From Phoronis australis (lineage: Eukaryota; Animalia; Phoronida): 64,000 nucleotides of DNA. This document shows positions 48,801 through 60,600 of the stretch, in pieces. Below the pieces are notes generated by a model, which saw only the letters and a program-made list of their open reading frames with translations, was not told the DNA's origin and searched no databases. The stretch spans positions 898,827 to 962,826 of the forward strand of contig NMRA01000114.1 of the NCBI GenBank assembly GCA_002633005.1, given 5' to 3'. The translations under genes and the position numbers were made by a program. Numbering within the stretch: position 1 is the first letter of the stretch; every line of letters starts with the position of its first letter.

Positions 48801-51800
48801 TTGCCCCTGGAACGATAAAAAAATTCGACATGATATCAATTCTTAGAAGATTACTTTCAAATGCCTCGTTTAAACTGCACCGAAATCAACTTGTTCCAAT
48901 AATCAATCATTCTTCCTCTAGTGCAGATGTAAAATGGAGTTGGTCTACAACAGTGGGGTACTAAGAGGTACCAGATGGGTAATTTAACACCTGCTCACTT
49001 CACAAGAAAAAAGACATTGCAGAGTGTTCTGTACTCGAGTTTCCCGGAGCTTCATTTCTCAGAAAGGATTGATCGGATTTACATGAAACTTACCCACTGT
49101 ATCATGCTTTAAAAACAGTTCTCCAAAACTCTGCTTTCCCTTTAAACAATGTAGGACTGTTACGTTATTTTTTCGAAAAAATAAAAGTTGCGAAAAATGA
49201 AAACGAAATGGCATTTTAGAAAACTGTCTTGAACATTTATTAGAATTGAAATTTAGCTTCTTTATTAATACAATAGTTGTGCTATAAATGTACCTTTCGT
49301 TTTCGGTAAATTTCATTAGAGACAAGTCACGTGACCAAGTTAATAACAGATTGGTACACTCAAAAATAGTATTCTCTAGGCTTTCTTCTTTCTAAAGCAA
49401 GGTAACATGAACAGGACTTTGGTGCAGTACAAGAGCTCTTCCATACAATAGTCGTCAGTTTACGAATGACTTTACAGTATACATTACTAGATATTTGTTG
49501 CACAAGCTAATTTAATAAATGTATATAAAAGGTCTTTTGACGTGTTTATCAATTCAGTTTTCAATAATAAATGTATAATTTTAGGGTAATCAAGTTGCCA
49601 AACGTTTAAACGGGTATTGCTGTCAGACGTTCGAAAGTGTATTGTGTTAGTTTGCAGGGCAGTTGTTGCCGGGCTCACCTTGTGAACAAGAATGAAATGG
49701 TTGGTGTGTTGGTAGCGATGCTCGTTAGAAATTCGTAGACTTAAAAAATCTAAAGAATCAATTACATGTAATGATGTCATTCTTTGTTTCAAACCTAGAG
49801 AACAGAATTGGCCAGAAGTGTTCTACAGATGGCGCTGACGGAGTGTGCGGACCGGCAAATTCTTTCTGCAACACCAAAACTAAGCTATGTGAGTGTGACG
49901 ACACCTACACCAGCCGCTTCAATGGAGAGATGTGCTTGGCCGAAGGTGATGTCTATCCTAGCGAAATGAGATCAGGGGATGCTTCCACTTGTAGAAGCTC
50001 CAGTCTACAACAACTTTCCACTTATACCCCTAACAGCATCCTGGACTACAATCCGCAGTCTTGCGCATGTCCACAAGGACAGCGGACGACTCTGTGGAAT
50101 TACTTCGACCAGCCTAATCAAGGGAAACAGGTTCCATTTTGTTCTTGGTGTAAGTTTCTGGCATATTTATTCTGGTATTGATTTCATTGATATAAGAAGC
50201 CAGTGCTGGTAAAATAGATGGTTTCGACTATTCATATGTATCATTGTAGCCCGGAAATGCTACTCGGAAGACGCCAGACAAAAGTTTCAAGTTTGTTTCC
50301 TTAGACACATCATGTGAGAGAAAATCCGTGAACGCATACTGTATTTATTTTTGAGACTGGCAAAGAATCGGGTTACAGTCTGTAAACTCAATGCCTTAGC
50401 TTGCGCGCACGGAACATGTGAAAAGAACTGACTCGTAGGAAAAGGATGTATATTAATGAGGGAAGTACTCTATTTATGAGAGTGCTCTCGGACGAGGGAG
50501 GACGGACCACCCCGCAAAACAAGGGGTCGAAATTCTCTTGAATTTTTTAAGTAAATGCGATGTGTCGTTTGTATGAGAGAACACGTCAAGTGTTGCCGCA
50601 TGTTTATTCATGAGGAATTGTTTGAAGTCCCTGTATGCACCATGATCTTTTCAATGCAAGCTGTGTACACATTTCCCACAATGCGTCATTCTCATTGTCG
50701 TAGTGTGGAGTAGGTACATGTAGACACAGTACATCACATTTTTAGTGTTCAATGCAGCTTCTACGTACGTAAGTTACTGCATAATGGGACATAGACCCAC
50801 GTAGACGTAATACACTACGATTTCCGTTTTGTGTTCTCTATTGATATTGGCATAAATTCTGGCAAACGCTGACGACAGTGCTAAATTGTCACCGCAAAAT
50901 TTCGAGCCTGTCGGCTGGGCATTTACGGTGCTCGCGGTAGGTATGAGCACAGATGAAGTAAATGATGCACACTCGGTGACTGCCCATCCTAGCAATGGAT
51001 TCGTACAATTTACTTCATAAATGTGGGTTGAGTTCCGTAGACGCGAGTGTAATCACGACCATTGCTTTTGATGGTTATAGCCTGAGAACATTTGCGTTTT
51101 CGAAAATGTATTGCGTTCACGGAACGCACACCTACTGAGTCGAAGGTGCTCAATAGATTACCCCAGGATGACAATAACCTGGCCAACGTTATATACCCGA
51201 AGAGGTGATGTTGCTGTTTATTCAAATAATTGATAGTAGTTGTAGCAGTGCGGCAGCAGCAACAGCATTAGCATTAGCAGCAGTATTTTTATTACTTTTT
51301 AAAGCTTATTAAATGTTTAATCGTTCTTTTCTCTCCATTCTCTTCAGTAACGATTGGAGACACGTGTATTCAGGACGCTGACTGTGGTGGCATCTTTGGC
51401 GCCCATTGTTCTGGCAATAAATGTGCGTGTAAAACAGCTGGAGAGGTGGCAGACTTTGATGGCAGAACATGTGGAAAACGTAAGTTGAAGACATGTGGAC
51501 ATATACCGCGCTCAGATGGATGCAAGGTCGTACATATCCTCAAAAACATTTACTTTTGCATTACTCGTTAGTTTATTCGTTTGATTTGGACTTGGTTACA
51601 ATAGGACGATTGAAATTAGCTAGACTATGACGCTGCGCCTTGGCTTCTGAAAATAACCGTCATGACAGGCAAACTAATGGGTCTGATCTCATGCAATAAC
51701 GATCTTCCAGTTCTTCTCAAGTCTAGAAGTCATTCTTAATCGAGGCATAGAACTGTAGACCTTGAATGCCAACTTCAATCTCGCGCTGCTGAGGTTGCGC

Positions 51801-52704
51801 CGCGCATGCGTAGCATTTGTTTGCATTTGTTTGTTCCGGCGTTGGTTATTGCTTTGGAATTTACTGGCACTAAAACTTTTCGCAACTCCGCTGCTTTTCA
51901 ATCGAATTGCATAAGAGTCATGTCATTAGAAAGCCCTTCGTCAGTTCTTGACGGTTCATGATACATATTTTAATTTCATAAATAATCATGTCGCATACCT
52001 GACAGGTTTAAAAATGCGAAAAGTAACAGGGTGTCTTAGTAACATAAAAAGGGAAATGAACCAAAGAGGTTATATAAATGACTAATTAAACCATTAGGGA
52101 AATAAATTCAATCATTCCAAAGATTTCTAATATATCAAGACCACGATTTTAGAATATGGATCCCTCGCAGTTGCTGTAAAGAATTTATTCAAGCATTCAT
52201 ACAAAAAAAATTATCGAATGGGAGTCGTTACACCCAAAAGCGGCCGAAGGTATTTTTTGGTTTTTAAGTCGAATAGGCAATTGCGGGTGCCACAAATTCG
52301 CGGGTACCTCAAAAACCTATGAAACGTTCGGATTTTTTCTTTTAGTCGAACGGGAAAACTGTGCTAGGCCACGTGGGAAAATACAGTAGCGTATGATAAT
52401 ACGTTAGTGTCGCCGTGTGTCAAAAAGCGGGACATTTTGATGGTGTGGCAGTAAAGCGCAAAATTTTCAAAATGTGGGATAGTCCGTCAAGTGCGGGACA
52501 ATTGCCAAGTACTATGTACACTGACACTGTCAGCAACTCAAAGTATTGGATTGGATTTTTTACAAATGCTGCAAGTAACTTTTATTGCTCAGAAAACGAA
52601 TTAACAAAAAAGTATTTGGCAACAGGTAAACATTTCACAAATTAATTATTATAGAAGCAATTGAAAACAGTAATAATTTATGCAAACAGGAACACGCACG
52701 CACA

Positions 52705-52749
<45 letters not shown>

Positions 52750-55700
52750 GCGGATCTACAGGGGGGGTTCAGGGGGTTTAAACCCCCCCCCCCTCGGGAC
52801 AGGATCAAAAATAAAAAACTGGAAAAAATATCGCCAGAAAAACGAAATTAGCTACTAAAAATCCAAAAAAATCTTACACGGGAGGAGGGAAACCCTCTCG
52901 CGACCTTCCTTCTCCTCGGCGCTACGCGCCTCGGATTCTTTCGAATCCTAAACCCCCCCTTACTGAAATCCTAGATCTGCCACTGCACACACACACACAC
53001 ACTTAGCTACGCAAATATGAGTAGTTTTTCGAAAGTTACATAAATTCACTTGTTAGTAGGACTTAATTTTTTATTCATAATTGCAGAGCAAACACTTAGA
53101 AACCAAAAGTCACTTTTTTCCGTAAATTTTAACACCCAAAAATGTCTTGTTGAAACACTCCTTGCATGTAGTTTGATAAGTTGTCGATAGTGATTCTAAG
53201 ACTGGAAATGAAAAGATATTAAAGGCCAGACTATTCCCTGTATCTCAGCAGGGCCACGGGTATAGAGAATTGCTAATGTAATTGTCAGGTTTGTTGACTA
53301 ATTTTGCCGGTAAATAGCTAGTTGTCTAGAGCTGTAGCACAAGAGTATCGCTTGATGAAAAAAAAATGTCAAAATGGAAATGAAGTAATGAAATAAGGAT
53401 TGATTATATAACTCCAACACCCGATCAAAACTCAGATCCAGCAGGCAGCCGGAAATTTCCAGTGCGAACTCTCGCAGCAAGTCTCGGGGTCGCAAGCCTT
53501 TATGATACAATACTTAGGTAACGTGCGGGAGTTGGCATTCCTGGGCTAGAGTTGTATGAAGTTTTACAAGGACAAATGTGAGACCGATTTATAATAGTAA
53601 GTGGTTAAAATAAGATAACTGTTTTAAGGGAAGGAGCAGGCTTACTGCGCCGTTAAAATACGTATATAAAAGCGTCCTAAATTCTGCAGTCTTGTAATTA
53701 AATTGCATTGCGAGCAAAATGTTAGCATTTTTGGTTGTGCGCGTGCTATCTACATCATGTGGGTGAACACATAGAAAACAAAAATCACGCAATATGCTTG
53801 TCACGGGAAGAAAACAGGTCTGCCGTCTGGCTTGGGGTTGAACGACAAAAAGGAAGTCCTGATTTGTGTCTGCCTTCTAAGTCGGACGGCACTGAACACA
53901 CAAATCAAGCCACATTCCAGCACCCGTGAAACAAAAATTTGCTAACGTCAAAGTGGATTAGTGCAGATCTTTGGATGAAAAATAGTATCAGAGACAATCA
54001 ACGATCTCCTGTTTATAGGTTCCCCCAATGTCACTGCGTATAATAAGAAATATTAAGAAATACTGCATTGCTTCTTGAGCAATTAGAATTTTGAAGATTG
54101 CCCAGCATACTTACTTTTACGGTGGAAAGGCTTACGTGAATTTTTTTCTGAATCGATTTTGTTCAGCAATCAGTAAGGTTGTCGTGAATTTCTATCAATT
54201 TTACTCGAATACAGAAGACGGATAGAAGAGAGGGTATTTCGATATTACAGCTTCGTTGTGTTGGAGGTAAATTTAGATGCAGCAAACACTTAAACGCGAA
54301 TGGTTTCGCAAAACCGAGGGCAGCCGGCGTTGGGTTCTCGTCAACTGAGATTTAGTCAAATGTCGTACTGTAATACGTAAACCAGCATGTTTTCGTGTTC
54401 CTACAGCACTCACTCATGGTAATAACTGTACCGGCTCTTCTGCTGTCGGCAAAGTTTGTGATGGCTCCAGGGGGTTGACGTGTGGTTTCGACGCTTGTTA
54501 CGCGGGAACCTTTAGCGGCGTCTTTTCCACCTGCGTTTGCCACTTCACGCATACAGCCTCGGGAAGCACGTGCACAAAACGTAAGTATTAGCCTACGCAA
54601 GCGCACTCGGCTGAACGAGCGGTCTGCGTTCTGTAGATACAGGAATCTTGCGAAAACTCAAGCAAAGCATGTGATTCCACTAGGCTTTCTCGATGATGTC
54701 TTAGATCTACGGGGTCTCCCTTTCCGGTCAACTGGTTGTAGTAAGTCGGTTTCGGGGACGGTACGCCGAAAGAACATGGTGGTGTAGGGGCAGATCCAAG
54801 ACTTTTTAAAAGGGTGGTCGGGTCAAGGACTTTTTCAAAAGGGGGATCCAAGTCAACAATTTAAAAATTCTATATTTGATATCACTAGAGTTAAGGGAAA
54901 AAGGGGGGTCCATACCCTATTGACCCCCTGGATCCCACTAAGCGGTGGCGGATCATCGCAAGCTTCAGCAAAGAAGGGACCATCGTCTGATAAGCAATGG
55001 GTAAAGCAGAAGAAAGAGGCTTTATGTTTAGGAACAAGTTACTTTTTGATTTAGTGTTGGTACTGCAATCAATTTGCTTTTAGTCCAATCATTCTAAAAT
55101 TTGAAGGTGTTCTTTTTGGATGGTCAAAACCGCAAGTGTCAGGTTATATCTAATTTGATAAAAATGTAAGACGGTTTTTGATCTTGAAGTTGTGGTGTTC
55201 ACTTTAATTTTGCTGATTTAAAAATACTAACTGTTCACCTAGTAATGAAATGTTGAATTGCTTTAATTCAAATTGTTAAGACGTTATGTATAAAAATTAA
55301 CGTATGAACGACCTGGAATTAAAATAATGAATCTTTATAATCATCATGTGTAAATTCAATTAACCTTTGAAGAGCTAGTGTTTCCTAATTGCACTTATGA
55401 AAGACGTGTATTATCTGGGGACATTGTTGGTTTGGTGATACATTTCTGTTTACAACTTAAGAACAGTATTAAAATGTTTGCAGTTATAGTTCTTAGTTTT
55501 TTCATGTGTTGGAGACCATGCCATTCTGCAAAATTAGTCAAGTTTACAAGTCCAATAATATAGAAATGTGGACGTTAAGACATTGGGGACATTTTACTTT
55601 TATAAAATGCAATATTTTATATCAAAAACGTCAAAACAAAATCTCTCAAATGGTCAAAGAAGCGTTTCACAGGCCTCCTTTGGCTTACGGCCCACGACCT

Positions 55701-57668
55701 TACATGTAGTTCCCTCTAAGACTGACCTCTGCGAACTTCACTGATTTCACCCCACAATTAGTAAGTGTAAACTATCGAACAGCCAAAAAACCAGCGGCCA
55801 CCTCAGTCTGGCAAAGGCATGTCGACGCCAATAAAATAATGATAATGGAATAAAATGGTGAAGGTGTATTTAGTGTAGAAAAAGTTGGAATCAGACAACT
55901 AAGAATTTGCGGAAACAAGTCAAACGAAAATAGCTGACTAATCCTACATGAAAAGCTGGAGACAAATGTGAACACGGTGAACATCCGAGGACGCTAATGC
56001 TTAATATTGAAACTTTTTAAACATGTAATATAAAATAGGACAAATTGAAGTAATACAGTTTCTAATACAAGGATTTAGCTTCTGATGGCTCAGTTTCAGA
56101 GGGATGTGTTTTGGCGTTAATACAATGTGTGTTTTGGCAGTGTTGTCACTTTGGGCTGTATGGCACTGGTTTATCTTATTTACACAACTAATTCAACAGC
56201 TTGGGTTCAAATTAGTCGCAAACACTTGACTCAACTTTCCCCAAAATCACTCACAAACCACTGANGGGGCAAGGGACAGACTACCCCGCCAGCCGCACCA
56301 GAGAGTGGACGGGTCAAACTCGGTGACGATCAGGCGGGGAAGACGGTGAAAAAAATGGTGGCGACGGAATAGCAGCACGAGTGGGAAGTTGGTGGAGACC
56401 AGGGAGGAGAGGTGCACCGCTGTATTAGTCCTCTGGCGGGGATAACCATAGCTACGCCACTCGTAGCTGCACAAACGCCTATCCATGCCGGACTCTCTTC
56501 AACTCATCGACACCTCCCTTTTTTCAGGTTATCCAAATTACATGGCTCTTGATTTTTTGTTAATAAGTTGTTTGTCGATTTTGACACGGTTTTTAGAGTG
56601 TACGTACTCGACATATGTCTTCAAGAACTGCACGCATAGGGCTCACATGTAAAAGGTTCAATAGTGCTGCCATCTGTTGAGCTTGCTGTACACTGTACAC
56701 TACTTGTTGCAAAATGCAAGCAAGGATAGTGGTGTCCCCAAAGGTAACAAATTAAACAAAACAAAAATATAGCCCGATAATACATTGATTGATTGTTTCA
56801 GATTTCTAAAATGTGCCCTGTTTGTTAGAATAACTTTAAATATTTGTTTTAATTTCACCAAAAGGTGACATTGGGGACACCTGCCATGGCGATATGAACT
56901 GCAAAGGCATCAACGTCAATGCCATCTGTGTGAAGGGAAAGTGTCAAAATGGTAAGCAGTGGTGCAGAGTGTATCTCACATATACACAGAAATGCCATGT
57001 TCTAAAAATCGACTTCCTGAAGTATTTAAAAAGGTCTATTTTTGTTACATTTTTAATTATACTTAAACATTTCACTGTACTTTTCTATGCTGAAGTTACT
57101 TTTGAGTAATCTTTAAAAAGAACATAAACGATTTTCAAGTCTTAGAATGAGTTTTTTCGAATAATGTTGCTAATTTCATTCTCATCAGTAGATTCGTAAC
57201 CAAATTGCCCGGTCCGCAAACATCTGGGAAGTTCCGATGTTTTAGTTTGCATGCGGGCGAACGCAGCAGGTTCACTGATTTTGACCTGGGTGTGATGGGC
57301 ACTGAGGTCACATGGTGCGCTGTCTGACATTACGTGCTCTTGCGAGGCCAAGTGCTCATAAACACGGCATCAAACTGGCGATGGATTACGTTTCATACGT
57401 TCAATAATTAACGAAATGTTTGGGTTAGAGTTATGTTCCGTGACAACTTGAATGAAGTAGAAAACGTAAAAATTGACAGAAAAATTAACTGAAATCATTG
57501 GTAATCTTTAAGTATCGAACACCTCACGTTGTTTTGTGTGTTTTCTTTCACCCACGTTCAGGTATAATTTCAGACTCTAAGTACGTTTCTTTCGTTACAG
57601 GTTCAAACTTCAAAGTCCCAAGTGTGTCTCTGATCTTAGTCTGTTTGGCATATCTCGTAACGAAGTGA
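42868..57668 (+). CDS. Multi-exon gene model: secreted, probably GPI-anchored Cys-rich protein with EB/EGF-like modules (~285 aa)
   Basis: join(42868-42888 tentative, 45522-45564, 48574-48729, 49799-50149, 51348-51479, 56865-56951, 57601-57668). GT-AG introns, consistent phases, open frame from the signal peptide to TGA. Confidence 0.75.
43208..44857 (-). mobile_element. Complete 1,650-bp non-autonomous Kolobok-type element with degenerate THAP domain
   Basis: TTAA TSD (43204-43207 and 44858-44861). 17-bp TIR AGGAGAATGC(T/C)ACCCAA. Minus-strand CIVPACPN...GISFF...MIRKWL...RVFGWHFADSDF. Confidence 0.88.
45150..45367. mobile_element. Possible Harbinger-like MITE
   Basis: GGGGCAGTTTCTTGA pairs imperfectly with TCGAGAAACAGGGCCC. 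Confidence 0.35.
45522..45564 (+). CDS. Signal-peptide exon (YTFLLLVAASLVNV)
   Basis: Strong acceptor tttttctttttcag and donor GTAAGA. 43 nt, phase 0-1, joins in frame to ALSMKYC. Confidence 0.65.
46933..47123. mobile_element. 31-bp perfect inverted repeat resembling inverted Penelope-type termini
   Basis: TTTATTACAAGTACTCGACGTTTCACAACTT (46933-46963) is the reverse complement of 47093-47123. Confidence 0.55.
47780..48236. mobile_element. Dispersed repeat, GGACCGTTCATACT family
   Basis: Repeated CGTTCATACTG motifs. Right half matches 35715-35910. Confidence 0.6.
48574..48729 (+). CDS. Cys-rich (EB/EGF-like) exon
   Basis: 156 nt, phase 1-1, AG/GTAAGT; LSMKYCKVNDDCDDLGSLECIKSGCEWGMCACPRGY...FTCVP. 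Confidence 0.85.
49799..50149 (+). CDS. Cys-rich (EB/EGF-like) exon
   Basis: 351 nt, phase 1-1, AG/GTAAGT; IGQKCSTDGADGVCGPANSFCNTKTKLCECDDTY...QSCACPQG...PFCSW. Confidence 0.85.
51348..51479 (+). CDS. EB-module exon (missed by the ORF track)
   Basis: 132 nt, phase 1-1, long pyrimidine tract + AG, GTAAGT donor; TIGDTCIQDADCGGIFGAHCSGNKCACKTAGEVADFDGRTCGK. Confidence 0.85.
52694..53002. repeat. (CA)n microsatellite split by a MITE
   Basis: CA runs on both sides of 52745-52985. Confidence 0.8.
52745..52985 (+). mobile_element. Intact 241-bp MITE (CAGAGGCGGATCTA...TAGATCTGCCACTG)
   Basis: 14-bp imperfect TIR. Family members at 1258-1473 and at 10907/13092. Confidence 0.8.
54786..54940. mobile_element. 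MITE, inverted homologue of 14564-14717
   Basis: Shared GTCAAGGA.TTTTT.AAAGGGG...CCAAGTCAA...TTTGATATCACTA...AAGGGAAAAA core. Confidence 0.65.
56865..56951 (+). CDS. Short Cys-rich exon
   Basis: 87 nt, phase 1-1, AG/GTAAGC; DIGDTCHGDMNCKGINVNAICVKGKCQN. Confidence 0.8.
57601..57668 (+). CDS. Terminal exon: GPI-anchor-like tail (G)SNFKVPSVSLILVCLAYLVTK*
   Basis: Acceptor tttctttcgttacag, phase 1, stop TGA at 57666-57668. Follows the last Cys with small residues (N-G-S) and then a hydrophobic stretch. Confidence 0.7.
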
Positions 57669-60600
57669 TAATTGAGCGACAACCACAGCGCACAAATTAA
57701 AGTTGCTGAAATTTCCTTTCCTGAGGGGTCAGGGAAAAGCTTAAGTCAGACAGCTCGTCTTGTGCGCTTTTATTGTATTTTTTTCAATTTTTAAGTTGTT
57801 AACATATGGCCAATAGCAATAATTTATATAAACAAATTGAATTGATGTTGTGTATATTCACATTTCAATTCATTAAATAGTTGTGGGAGCGTAAGGCGAA
57901 ATTTCTGACTTAAGCTTAACACGAAACAAGAAGAACAAAGACTTTTCCATAGTGATTTGTTCACGGAGGTCTTTAGCGAGTCATTAGGGAATTACGCACT
58001 TGTAAAGTTTGGTATTATGTACGTCTTAAATGTGTGTTTCAAATGCGCGTATCGGTTTTTACCCCTTCAAAAATCCGTTTTGTTATGCCATTTAAAGTGA
58101 CAACCGGCGAAGAAGAGCCATGAACAGCAATGCCCAAATACGAGGAGAATTATGCAACTTTCACCTCGGACAACAGTTGTTCGGAATTTTTCCACGAGAA
58201 AAAATGCTTCGGTTTCCTTATTTGGATGTTTTTCTGTACTTTTAATTTCTTCAAATTTCTGTGATGCCAATGACTGTCGATCTCGCTTTAGTCGATCACG
58301 TGACTTTCAGGCAGTCGGTCCGTGTCACACCTTACTCGCAAGCTTACATAGTGCCCAGCTTAAATGTACTTATTTTTAAAATTCAGACAGTAACCTTCCA
58401 AGGCACAGAACACAGGTAATAACAAGTTCATAGCTCAGCGGTTATAACTGCCAGATTATCAGGTTTTCAAACCGGATTTGGTCATTTTCGAAAGCGAGTT
58501 TTGTATTTCCTTTTGGCCGAGATTATACGAAAATTATTGATACTCGGTGAGGAGGTCAATCGGTTAATTAGAAAAACATTGACATTAAGTACTTTAAATA
58601 TGCTTTAATGTTTAACCTTTAGAATCAAACTAGAGTAAGCATGGAAAATGAAAGAATAATACAAATCCACCCGGCGGTCTAACAAGACCAGAATAAAAAG
58701 CTCGATATTATTGGAAATACGTAACTTAACTCGCAGCAAAGCGCGGGATTTCGTACATATATGCTTCCATGTATGCCAAAGAGGTTACACGGCTTCATAC
58801 ACTCAGAGGGTTAGCCCTTAGGTTTTTTTACGTCGGCTTTGATCAGCACCATCGCCCGCTTCGGTAATTACCACTGCACTGCACTGCCTCGATTTCAGTA
58901 AACTACTGGAAGCAAACTTAAAAAGTCGGAGATCTCTTATAGAACCACAAAACACAACTGTTTTGTAGCTCAGTTTAAAGCCACTAACTGCAAGACGTCT
59001 AAACTTATCAAATTAACAAAAATACGTTTTGTTTTCTGGCCCGATTGTGTCCCTTTAGTGGCACTAGTAGCACTTTTTCATGTGTGTATCTAGTCTGTGT
59101 GGACAACAAACTTTTTGAACTGTGAATGTGTGGCAATAAATATTTTCTGTACTGATTTCGCAGTTTTTCCTGTCAAGTAGAATCTACCACAATTCATTCT
59201 GAGTTTCTTGGTGAATCAGGAGCAGAGTTTACATCATGCTTTGGTGTCAACCAGGCGTGTAACAACGAGTTACATGTACTATAATCAGCTTCTAAAATTC
59301 ACTCTTTTATTGATCGCTCAAAAGCACTCCGATCACAAAAAAATTCTGCCATAGTAACGGATCTACATTTACAGGGAGTTCAAGGGACTTAAAATCTCCT
59401 CAGGAGACAATGGTCCAAAAACACGACTATGACAAAACGTCCTCGCTGGATCAGTAAATCGTGTAAACATAATTACGTATCCGCTGCGAGGTCAATAATC
59501 TTCCTTATGGCATTTGATCATGAACCTCCTTCATGATAATAATGCAAACGTAAGCAAATTTCCGCTAAATGCTGTTTACATGATGGCGATTGAGGTACAC
59601 TATTCTAGAACAAGGTCCGAGTTCCGTAGATGCAAAAATCACGCAAGAGGAAGCTAGCGTGATCACGTATTTCTCTTGTAACACATGGCGGTATATCGCG
59701 AATCTTTGCGTCACGGTGGTCTTGTGTTTTCGCCAAGTTCTGGCAAAGGTCTTCAAAGTGCCATACGTAACGTTCACATAAACGACTACACTGTACAAAG
59801 TAAACGGCGTTTGTAAACCAACAATGCGAATGTGGTAAACTGTTGTGAAAAAAGTTCATTCACAAGGTGTGAACTCGCCTTCGTGTGCAGGATTAGTTTT
59901 GTCTAGTATATATTGAGTGCTGCCTTCCCAATTAAACGAACATTACATAAAAACAAAAACTTCCATTTAGAAATTTTTAGATGTCCAAAAAACCGCGCCT
60001 TAAAATCAACTTTTGATTTAGAGTATTTACCATCATGAAATCGATCTCATCTTAATTAAAATGGTTTTCTAGGCTTGAAAGGAAATGACATGTAATTATT
60101 GTTTCAGTCCAGGCTCATGGCGTTTAACTGTTGCGGCGGCTTAGTTTCGGCGGAGTATCGCTCGGACAAACTAAGGATAACAAAAGCAACGCGGGCACTG
60201 GAACGCGCCCACGAATGCATCGCAAACGGTGTGCTTCTAGGGGTGCTCATTTGTATCATAAAAATAGCAACTAGATGGCTTAAAATACGTCGAATCCATA
60301 CTAAAACGGGAATATGTCATCCTTTAAATAGAATAATGGTATTTACCAAATTTCATAAAAATCTGTAAAGGAACTTCAGAGAAACAAAGGAAATTGCCAC
60401 TAGAGGAAACAGTGTTTGCCGGAGTCATCTGAAAGTCATCCTCGTCCGTTGTCAGCTTCATATAAATAAAATTGGTAAATTTAATAAAGATCCTGCTATG
60501 CGGGCGTAAAAAACAAAACTGCCACTACGGGACGCCACAACAGTCGAAATCGTCGGAAAATCATCGCCATCTACCCTCCTCACAAAGAACATATACGTCA

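Noticed and set aside
56266-56520. GC-rich patch with CAATSGVAMVIP, weakly like a DIRS tyrosine-recombinase box II
   Set aside because: Catalytic H-x-x-R context is not recognisable, the match is short and it abuts an n.
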